Positions 52,816 to 64,000 of a stretch of DNA of 64,000 nucleotides are shown in pieces (the stretch's first letter is position 1; each line of letters begins with the position of its first letter). The stretch is from Octopus vulgaris (Eukaryota), in NCBI GenBank assembly GCA_951406725.2, contig OX597815.1, forward strand, positions 145,328,001 to 145,392,000, given 5' to 3'. Made by a program: the position numbers and the translations under genes. The notes under the pieces were generated by a model, which worked only from the letters and a program-made list of their open reading frames with translations, made no database searches and had not been told where the DNA came from.

Positions 52816-53017
52816 CAGTAATCCTTCGCCATATCGCGCTTCACCTATCAAGCACTCAGTACATCGCGGATTTTTCTGGTTAATGTAATTTTATATCGCG
52901 TATCCCTCAGTATATCGCGGGTTTCTGCGTCCGATAGGTATTTATATTTTTTTAGATTTTAGTTATTTCTGTGTGAAGGTTTGGAACATAACACCCGCGA
53001 TAATCGGGGGATTACTG
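52816..53017. mobile_element. Tigger-like MITE
   Basis: CAGTAATCCTTCGCCATATCGCG ... CGCGATAATCGGGGGATTACTG. Confidence 0.7.
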
Positions 53018-53172
53018 GATGTTTGTTTCAATATGTGCGTCTGCGTGTGTTTATTAGTCTACGTATATGCATATCAGTGTGTGTATATGTGTGTGTGTAT
53101 GAATACACGCACACACAACGCACATATATGCACGCACGCACACACACACACACACACACACACCCTTATATG

Positions 53173-53393
53173 CAGTAATCCCATACCATATCGCGGTTTA
53201 TTATTTAAGCTTACGTCGATTCCTCCGTGGAGTTGTTTTGCATTTATAATAAAATAAATATATACGAATCATAAAAATAAAAAAATATATACAGTACAGT
53301 ACTGTTTCTACTTCGCGGATTTTTATCTATCGCGTGAGGTTGGGGAGGGGCTGGAGTTGAAACGTAACACCCGCGATAGTCGAGGGATTACTG
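53173..53393. mobile_element. Tigger-like MITE, second copy
   Basis: CAGTAATCCC...ATATCGCG ... CGCGATAGTCGAGGGATTACTG-TA. Confidence 0.7.
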
Positions 53394-53769
53394 TATATAA
53401 GTATATATGTATGATATGTACATGTGTGTTATATCTGAATGTATGCAATTCACACACACGCACATACACACACAAATGCATGCTTACATATAAACATATA
53501 TATATACATGCATACAAACATACAAACACATACACACATATACATAATACCTAGGTCTACCGCATATACCAACGAAGGCACATACATCTATATACATATA
53601 ACATACACACACACGCGTGTGTATGCGTGTGTGTGTTTGGATCTGTGTATGTACGTATGCATGTGAAAGTAGCATGTAAAATGTATGTGTCTGTTCTTAT
53701 ATTATATAATATATAAAATATTGCATATCGGATCAATGCCAGTAACCGATGTTCTACAAGCATATACAC

Positions 53770-53833
<64 letters not shown>

Positions 53834-53839
<6 letters not shown>

Positions 53840-53935
53840 TTTATAGAAGGAGTTTACAGGACTAGAACTGTTTCATTCAAAAGAAATCATCGAAACAGTT
53901 CTAGTCCTGTAGAAGCTCCTTTCTATAAAATAAAT
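53834..53935. repeat. Short palindrome (~40-bp arms) between (TA)n tracts
   Basis: ACAGGACTAGAACTGTTTC ... GAAACAGTTCTAGTCCTGT. Confidence 0.75.
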
Positions 53936-54000
53936 TAATTTACTCTGCTATGTATTGAGTACCTTATTTACTGTGGTTAACCCCGACTCAACCCGGGACC

Positions 54001-54061
<61 letters not shown>

Positions 54062-54367
54062 ACTCACATACATGTATACATACATATGTATATATATGTG
54101 TGTGTGTATGTATGTGTGTGTATGTGTTATAGGAACATAAGGAAACGAATTTGTTTATTTCTGTGCGCATGTGTATGTGACTGCGTCTTCAAACAAGTTT
54201 GTGAATCTACTTAGCGTTTGTCAGTCTGTGAAAGAATGAGGAATACATCAAGTACTCACAGTTATATGCGTGCATTCACCCCCACCACACGCAGATAGAG
54301 ATGGACATACAAGCATACACAAGCGCACACTTACACAAACATACATAAGAACCCTCATGTTCGATTA

Positions 54368-54422
<55 letters not shown>

Positions 54423-54456
54423 GTATATATATGTAATATATGTATATATATATATG

Positions 54457-54497
<41 letters not shown>

Positions 54498-54591
54498 GTG
54501 CATTTGTATACACTTACAAACGTACACATGCAACTGCATGTATATATATTTTTATGGATGTGTATGTATATATATATGTATATACATATAT

Positions 54592-54660
<69 letters not shown>

Positions 54661-55208
54661 TATGTATATATAAGTATGTGTACGTATGTATATATATATA
54701 TATATATATATACGTACTGAACGCATATAAATACCTAGAATGCTAACACCTACACCAGCAATACCAATAACCTCTCTATGAAGATGACAACGACGACGAC
54801 GACGACGACGATGATGATGATGATGCAAATCGCAGCCTCTGTCGTTATCCTCCTCATCCTCCTCCTCCTCCTTCTCATCATTATCATCATCATCATCATC
54901 GTACAGCTGCGAATAAAGCAAGTTGCTGTCTACTAATTAGAGCATTATTCATGATATGTCAGTGCTAATTAACAGTCACACTTAACACTTGACGGTGAAA
55001 GTTGCAGGTAGGTAATTATCTTTGATTGAATCAAAGACATACAACCAGAGTGATACTAACAACCAACAACCACCACACACACGCACACACAATCACAAAC
55101 ACACTCACACACACACACACAGAGGCTTGCCTCTATATGTATATATACGCATGCACACATATACATATACAAACACATGTTTAAATATATCTATGCATAC
55201 GTATATGC

Positions 55209-55255
<47 letters not shown>

Positions 55256-55347
55256 TACATACATATATATACACACACATATATATATATATATACATAT
55301 ACATACATATATACATATATATTTTCATATATACAAATATATATACA

Positions 55348-55385
<38 letters not shown>

Positions 55386-55447
55386 TTTGGAATTTAACGG
55401 TAATAGTGACAGAACAACAACACATATGCACCCAAACGCATGTACAT

Positions 55448-55517
<70 letters not shown>

Positions 55518-55739
55518 CTCTCTCTCTCTCTCATATATATATGATTATACACGCATAGTTCTAACAACTGGTACTACTAAACCGAAGCGAAATCGTGATA
55601 CATGCATATAAAACACACACGCACGCACACACACACTCACACACACACACAGACACACACACAGACACACACACACATACACAAATATACATACACACCC
55701 ATTTAAAGTAGATTAGAAGAGTCACGACATTGGCTTGGA

Positions 55740-55787
<48 letters not shown>

Positions 55788-56138
55788 GACCAATATACAT
55801 ACACACACCAATATGCATACACTCACGCACACACACACATATACACACACGTATGCAGAAGAGTGAAACTGTCACAACTCTGGATTGGACAGGCCATACG
55901 TAGGCACACACACACGCGCGCATGTATGCACACACACATATACATAACCACATAAACACAAACACACACGTCTGCATACACATATACGAACGTATACACC
56001 CACGTACTGTATAAACACATTAAAATATGGCATAACGACTTTTGGTCGCACATATTTCATTCACACTTCATATCACATAAGCATCATACACGCACAAACA
56101 AATATATCATATCGCACACACAGACACACAGACACACA

Positions 56139-56203
<65 letters not shown>

Positions 56204-56479
56204 GTTGCATGGCATGACGCTTGCTTTCCAACCACTTGGTACCGGGCTCAGTCCAATTGCGTTTCACCTTGGGCAAGTGTCTCAGTCATTTGACTGCGGC
56301 CATGCTGGAGCACCGCCTTTAGCCGAAAAAATCGACCCCAGGACTTATTCTTTGGAAGCTTAGTTATTCTATCTGTCTCTTTTGCCGAACCGCTAAGTTA
56401 TGGGGATGTAAACACACCACCGTCGGTTGTCAAGCGATGTTGGGGAGGACAAACACAGACACACAAACATATACACACC

Positions 56480-56522
<43 letters not shown>

Positions 56523-56684
56523 TACGACGGGCTTCTTTCAGTGTCCGTTTACCAAATCCACTCACAAGGTTTTGGTCGGCCTGAGGCTATAGTAGGAGAC
56601 ACTTGCCCAAGGTGCTACGCAGTGAAAATGAGCTCGGAACCATGTGGTTGGTAAGCAAGCTACTTACAACACAGCCACTCCCTA

Positions 56685-57581
56685 CAGGGTGGATGGAATG
56701 TAACTAGGCATTAGAAATTGCGTATAGAATTTTTAGTATCACGGAAGTCATGACAAAAACGTTTATTAAACAGACAACACTAATGGGGATTGTTTGTTTT
56801 CTTATTGTCTTATTTCTTATTTTCTAGATGACCTGTCTCTAGACTGTTCAGGAGCGAGTTAAAGTAGCAGCATGCCATGAAGTGTAGAATTCCATTGTTT
56901 TGTTTCAGAGATGGTGGCGTGCATGGAAAGGTAATCATGCAATACTACGTTCGGAGACAATAATAATTTGTCATGCAAAGCTAATGACCACGGACTCTGT
57001 GAACGATGCAAGAAGTAGCCGTCCAACCACGTTCCGATCAACGGAGTACGGGGCAACAGTGCAGGAAATGTTTAATCGCAGCCCGCAAAAATCATCACAT
57101 CAAGCAGTTCGTGAAAGTGGACTAACAAGATACACAATACGTACGGTGGTGCATAAAGAATTGAATTTTCGTCCGTGGAAACCCCATTACGTGCAGGAGC
57201 TAAAACCTGAAGACTGCTACCACAGAAGTCCAGAAGTCTAGAACTCCAAGATGTCCAGATCTCACTCCATGTGATTTTTACATATGGGCTTACACAAAAG
57301 GGGAGGTGTACAAGACAAAACTGTGCACACTAGAGGACTTGGAGACACGGATTCAGGAGGTTCTCAATGAATTCCCAGACGACCACCTTCAGAAGGTTGT
57401 TCATTCCATTCATGGCCGTTTGAGAAAACTACTTAACGCTTCCGGTGTTTACGTTGAAATATGAAGATTTACATTAATTTCTCCATGTAATAAAGAACAT
57501 GCATCATTTGTTTCAATAAATTTGTAAAAGGAATATGGATTTTATTACCAATTTTTAATGCCTACTTACTTTTCACCCACC

Positions 57582-57584
<3 letters not shown>
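56685..57584 (+). mobile_element. Internally deleted Tc1/mariner-superfamily transposon
   Basis: TA TSDs; TIRs CAGGGTGGATGGAATGTAACTAGGCATTAGAAATTG and reverse-complement CAGGGTGGGTGAAAAGTAAGTAGGCATTAAAAATTG; peptides RSPQKS...LNFRPWKPHYVQEL and PDLTPCDFYIW. Confidence 0.88.
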
Positions 57585-57638
<54 letters not shown>

Positions 57639-58355
57639 AAATTTACAGAAAAACAAAAGACGAGGACAGGTGTATGAACAACAAACAGATGCTTTAGTTT
57701 AACGCTCGGAAAGGTGAGAAAGTCTTTTACATTTCGAGCCCACGCTCTTCAACAGAAAGGAAAAAGAGGAAACAAACAGAGAGAATAAAAAACACAACTT
57801 TTGGAGCTAGCGGTCAGTTATGGCGGCTGGCTGGACAAAGGTAGTTATTTATATATACACGCACACATATATATTTATATACATACACACATACAGGCAC
57901 ACACATACACACACACACACACACACACAAGCACATATAATTATAGTCTGTGAGTTACTTAAAAACAATACATTACAACATAAACATCATACACATAGGT
58001 TTAAATACACATATACAACATTACATAAACACACCGTATATACACGCCGGTCTCTATACACAGTTTCTCTTTTATAGCATGCACACACCTTCTCGCAACC
58101 ACTTCTCTGCCTTACTCCCTCCTTAGAAACGAATTCGCACCTAGCTTCTAGCCCTTTTCTCCATTTATCTAACCAGATTCTTATTATTTTCTTTTTCCCG
58201 CCACCTTTTCTCATTCATTTATTTTTTTTTGTGACCCATTTTCGTCCGAAACGTCAAGACACTTTCCCTTCTTTTGGGTCATTAAACTAATACAACGTTT
58301 GTTGAAATTGTCCTTTTGGTATCGTTTGCTTTTTGTACTCATTACCCAATACACA

Positions 58356-58420
<65 letters not shown>

Positions 58421-58585
58421 ACGCACAAATAAGGATATACATATATGCATATTAGAATATTAGAATCAAAGACAGCTCTCCGTCGGATGTCCGTTTATCA
58501 AGGGAGACAGACAGCAGCTGAGATTAAGGTATAAAGTCAATGTCGCCCGTTCTTCCGAAATTCCAGGAATCACAATGGTGCAGTG

Positions 58586-58652
<67 letters not shown>

Positions 58653-59296
58653 TCAAAATTCAGAGAATTAGATATGAAATATTTATTCCATATGCTGATA
58701 GCTAACCTATTACGAGAAAGCAAACCTAGTACGTACAACGTAACTATATATGTGCATTTTTATGTTTATGCATATGTACGTAGGACGCTTTAGCGTCGCC
58801 GATGTAACTTGATATAAATCTCGAAACAGCTATCAACAAACGGAATTAATATTTCATTTCTCACTTATCTGAATTTTTGTCAAATACACGCATACATACA
58901 TATATGTATGTATCTGTGTTTGTACACGTATATATAAATATACATATGCATACATATAGAAGGTGGGCCAAAAGTAGTTATGCACTTTAAAATATTTTCA
59001 TTTTATTACATTTACACTTTTTTTATTACAACAACTGGGGCAAGTGGGAAAAATGGCAACAATAGCAATGATAAACGCAAAAACCCTGTTAAAGTTACCC
59101 AAGCCTGAGGAAGACTGTCGGTAATTCTTAAAGATTGTTTTTGTAACGATATAACTGCTAAGCAATATACAGAGTGAGGTGAATATATTGTTGTCTAATT
59201 AACGCAAAAATGAAAATAACACTGACATCTCATTTTAACAGATATATTTACCAAAATTACATAAAGATATCTTGAAATACTAAAGAGTAAATTTAT

Positions 59297-59750
59297 TCAA
59301 TAAAATCGGAATTTTCTGCAACTCTTCTGGACGGTCTCCTTGTTTAAGTTGGTGAATGCTACCATAATCTTTGCCTTCTGTTCATCTTTGGTATTATAAG
59401 GAGTTTTTTTGGTCTCGTGCTCAACTGCGCCCCACACATAATAATCAAGGGGGTTGCAGTCTGGGGAGTTAATTGACCAGATGTTAGGGGTGATGTGGTC
59501 GCAGAAATTGTCTGATAGCCATGACTGGGTTCTCCTGCTTGTGTGGCATGGTGCAGAGTACTGTTGCCAGACATAAGGTTTTCCAGCAGCCACCCTCTAG
59601 ACCGAAAGCAACACTACCTCCTCCGGACACTTGATGTAGACCTCCGTGTTGAGTCTGAGGCCTTGCGGGAAGATGAATGGAGGCGTAACATCACCATCAT
59701 TAGCGATCATTCCAAACACTATGATGTTGATTTGATTTTTAACACTCTTG
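59297..59750 (-). mobile_element. Tc1/mariner (maT/DD37D-like) transposase fragment
   Basis: YVWQQYSAPCHTS...W..NSPDCNPLDYYVWG. Confidence 0.8.
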
Positions 59751-60435
59751 GTACATGTCCTCAGATTGCACTGTCCTCAGATTGACACTCAAATGTCAAT
59801 CTGAGGAGAGTGTTTACCATTTTTAGCATGTAAGAAATTTTTACCCTTGTATTTATAAAGTTAAATATTCAAATTCTTTGACCTGATAGTATACGTTTTA
59901 ATTTAGTCACTGCTATACTATTCTGGTTTGGCACGTTGGTTGAAAGCATTCGATTTGAATTCTTGATGTATAAAGATGGAACTGAATGCGTATGTGTTTA
60001 CTTTGTGTTTTTGGTACGTATTGTAGTGTCATATTTATACATTTTACAGTGATCTTACTGACGAGCTACGGATGGCTAATTAATCAATTAATTAACTTAT
60101 TAGTTGATTTATTTGGTCATTAATGGTGAAATTCATGGGTATAAGGTTAACTGAAATTTTTCTTCACTCAAATGTCTTGCTCGCGTACAAACAACGTGCT
60201 TTAATAAGTGTTTTTCGTGGTTTTGGGTTTTGACTGCCATTTTTAGCATGTAAGAAAACCACATGGTCGTTTCTCTCCGTCTATATTTCATACACTGTTA
60301 TACAAACACACACACACACACACACGAATATACACACATAGATATATCATCTCAACATCGTTCTCCGTCCGAAGACAGCTAGCTGTTCTGTAACCATCGT
60401 CTGAGGAAGGTTAAGCAACAATAGAGAGAAAGAAT

Positions 60436-60476
<41 letters not shown>

Positions 60477-60477
60477 C

Positions 60478-60556
<79 letters not shown>

Positions 60557-60855
60557 ACTTCTGAGAGATACGCTGTTAAAAAATATATCGAAAATGTTAC
60601 TTTGCCGAAGCATCACAAATTTGAATAGAATTCCTTTCACTAGCAAAATAAATAAAAAAATTCCAAATATTCAAAAAAAAAAAAAAAGTCTCAGTCGATA
60701 GCAAAAAAATAAATGTAAAGAAATAAGAATTTAAAATTTACTTACAGAAATGAGCAAAATAATAATAAATATATTCGGAATATAATGTCTCAGCAACAAT
60801 AGAAGAACAGACAATATTTCTTCAAGCAAAGAAATTTTTAAGCAGAGAACTTTGA

Positions 60856-60899
<44 letters not shown>

Positions 60900-61539
60900 T
60901 TATATTTATATGCATATGAAGATAACAAATCAATAAGAATATATTTTTTTAAGTATATCAATAATCTAAAGGCAATTGGACACTTGTAAACACACATACA
61001 TACGACATCGCCATAAACACATTGATATACATACTCATACATACATACATATATATATATCTTTATATATATGTGCATTTATATATGTATGTATCTATGT
61101 ATGTATGCACATATATATGTATATATGTATATATATGTATGCATATATCTGAATGTATGTATGCATATATATGTATGCATATATATGTATTCATATGTAT
61201 GTATGCATATATATGTATGAATGTATATATGTATGCATATATATGTATGTATACATATGTATGTTTGTATATATATGTATATATATATATGCATACATAG
61301 ATGCATACAAATATACATACATATTTATACATACACACACATATATGACATGATATGTGTGTGACTCTCAACTCTGTATGTAAATCTAAAGAAAAATCTA
61401 GTTAAAATAAGTGTTGTTAATATTAATAATAACAATTAAAGTGAGATTCGTCGTTATTCCATTCCAAGTTCTACGAGGTTGCTTTTCAATATAATTACTA
61501 CATACGTATATGCATACACACATACACATACATACATAC

Positions 61540-61570
<31 letters not shown>

Positions 61571-61676
61571 CATACATACATACATACATACATACATACA
61601 TACATACATACATACATACATACATACAGACATACATACATGCACACATACACACATACATACGTACATACATACA

Positions 61677-62125
61677 TGATGGCCGTCCATTCGTGACCGA
61701 GGAAGACCATTGCTGACCTTCAGGAACCTTGTGTGCTCTAGAACTAACTTATATTTTGCATTTGCGGTTCCCTTGGTAGCTAAAGAGCCCTGCTCTTGAC
61801 AAGCATACATGATTGCAAACATTGCAAACCAAACTTTCCCCATTCACTACACTAGCAGTGCGCTTTCGAGTAGCACGTTTAAGTTCTTCATGCAGAATAC
61901 GTGCTCTCTCAAAGGTGTCGACCCCTTGCTTAACCTGCTTCTTCCATCTGTGGCGATGACAGGCATTGCTCTCCCAGTCAGTCTCCTGCATATCACAGGC
62001 CTTTAATGAATACTTGACACAATCCTTAAATGGCAGCCTTGGTTTCTGCTGGGATCTCTTTCCATACACAAGTTCCCGACACTTTATTAAAATGAAGGAT
62101 AGCAGGATCCCTAAGTAGATGCTAT
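61677..62125 (-). mobile_element. RTE-clade LINE 3' fragment with C-terminal zinc-finger remnant
   Basis: ELVYGKRSQQKPRLPFKDCVKYSLKAC...WE..A..R..W...CNVCNHVCLSRAGLFSY. Confidence 0.75.
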
Positions 62126-62148
62126 ATGGGGACATACACACACACACA

Positions 62149-62216
<68 letters not shown>

Positions 62217-62402
62217 TACATACATACATACATACATACATACATACATACATACATACATACGTATCCCAGGCGGCTGATATACTAAATGAACCCACAT
62301 CGCAGTAGGAGGCTCAACGAAGAGCAACTTCACCCAACTCGCTACTTTCAAACAGTGCAGAAAATAAAACCAAACATACCGAAAGGTGGTGCTCCAGTAT
62401 AG

Positions 62403-62900
62403 CCTCAGCTTCTGGTTGAAACCAGTCTCTGAAGACAGCCAAAAGAAAAAGAATGTTTTAAGCATGACATGGATCCATTACCGAAAGGCTTTTGACAGTA
62501 TTCTCCACATGTGGATAAGGTAACACTAGCCATGATCAAGATAGCACCACCGATAATCAAATCTATAAAACATGTCATGAACACTGTACAACACACCCAA
62601 ATGAAAGAGAAGATAAGGAAGGAATACTATAGACTAGTTAGATTAATACTTAATACTCGATGCGGAAAACAAGATAATAGGTATCAATACACTAGTTGTG
62701 CTAGTTATAAGTTACTGTTACAATATTCTTAATTGGACACTAAATGAATGAATCAACCTAGACAGGAAAACAAGAAAAATAATGATGGAATTTAGAATAT
62801 TCTACCCAAAATTTGACATAGATAGGTCATGTATACAACGAATTGAAGGTGGTAGAGGCTTTATACTACTACAAACTACTATAAAATAATCACCGTAGGA
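62403..62900 (+). mobile_element. Degenerate R4/Dong-like RT fragment
   Basis: LSMTWIHYRKAFDSI..W, QMKEKIRKEYYRLVRLIL, LDRKTRKIM, GGRG. Confidence 0.7.
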
Positions 62901-63032
62901 CCACTAATGAGGCTACAGAAGTGTGATGAAAGAACTTTGGACGAAATACAATTAATATGAAATAAAACTGAAGCAAGTGAATACCAAATATATATATATA
63001 TATAGCTATATATATATATATATATATATATA

Positions 63033-63495
63033 GTTTCAATACGTAGCGAATAGTTCACGAGAAAAATGATCTACGAAAAAATAAGATATTATTGACTCTG
63101 TTATTATCTAGTGTAGACGGGTTGGGGCTGAGGAAAGTGAGTCTATTATGCCAGCCCAGAAACCGGTCCACGTGAGTCCAAATACTTGAATGTATGCTGA
63201 GAGACTGTCTTAGTCCGTTTGCCTTCGGACGGTTGATTTCTGTTGATTTTGGCGATTTGAATAAGAGTTTTGACTGTTATTTTCAGTAGGTAGACATACT
63301 TAGTATTTCCTTTGATTAATTTTAATCATTCAGGTATCTACTGCCTTTTTCTGGGCCTGCAATCGACTATATTATTGATTCTGTTACTATCATTTTAAAA
63401 TTGTTACACTAGATAATAATAGAGTCAATGATATCTTCGCAAATTATCTTTTCGTGAATTATTTTTCTCGTGAATTATTTGCTCCGTATTGAAAG
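63033..63495. repeat. Element with imperfect ~80-bp inverted ends (MITE-like)
   Basis: ATTGACTCTGTTATTATCTAGTGTA (~63091-63115) inverts TACACTAGATAATAATAGAGTCAAT (~63405-63429), with further outer similarity. Confidence 0.55.
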
Positions 63496-64000
63496 TATTT
63501 CCACACTGGTGGCTGCCATGATTTCGGCGCAAAATGAATCAGTTGCAGCGTAGGGTGTTACTCGAAGAAATCGACCCCAGGACTTATTCTTTGCAAGCCT
63601 AGTACTTATTCTATCAGTCTGAGTTATGGGGTTATGAGGAATGGGTGAATGAATATAACATTGCATGCGTTTTTATCCGTTGGAGACATCCCCCTCCAGA
63701 TCCTCAATGATTACCGCCGCATCCATAAGAAAGAATGCATTCTTTGAGAACGCTGTACATAAGGTTTGAGTTGTGCACAAGACTATGTAGGTCTCTGTTT
63801 TTTTTCATGTTGAAATGAAAACATCTCTAATATTGATTTTAAATTTTGGCACAAGGCCAGCAATTTCGAAGGAGGGACTTAAGTTGGTCTGGAACTTATT
63901 CTATCGACCCTGAAAGGATTTAAAGCAGAGTTGACCAGGCTGGAATTTGAAATCAAGGACGTAAAGACGGAAGTGTTTTGCGCGGCGTGGTAACAGTTCT

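Noticed and set aside
54760-54910. Acidic DDDD/EEEE ORF as the RBM28 acidic-linker exon
   Set aside because: Mosaic of trinucleotide microsatellites running into poly-His and poly-Arg with no good donor
52430-61700. Many YI, CV, HT and RE dipeptide-type ORFs
   Set aside because: Translations of (TA)n, (TG)n, (TACA)n and (GA)n microsatellites

Overview
AT-rich, microsatellite- and SINE-dense eukaryotic DNA; the repeat families suggest an octopod cephalopod (Octopus), which is an inference. Two minus-strand genes are visible. (1) The 3' eight coding exons of RBM28/NOP4 (51592->38853), which splice in frame. Its 5' half is not seen beyond a 100-N gap at 52328-52427. (2) A fibrinogen-related-domain (FReD) locus with an unusual layout. 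Three large exons at 23229-23721, 20493-21018 and 17736-19305 each carry their own ATG, signal peptide, distinct low-complexity region, coiled coil and phase-1 splice donor. They lie in tandem upstream of a single FReD exon (6193-6340) with a matching phase-1 acceptor. This looks like a variable-first-exon/constant-domain system, as in clustered protocadherins or UGT1A, applied to an angiopoietin-like secreted protein. Second highlight: a 5'-truncated Tx1-clade LINE sits at a fixed site inside a Nin-domain SINE, and SINE derivatives with a very similar 3' tail abut the same site. The rest is decayed LINEs (RTE, R4/Dong, CR1, Penelope), Tc1/mariner, hAT and Tigger-like elements, hammerhead-like motifs and tandem repeats. 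All calls are by eye; no database searches were run.
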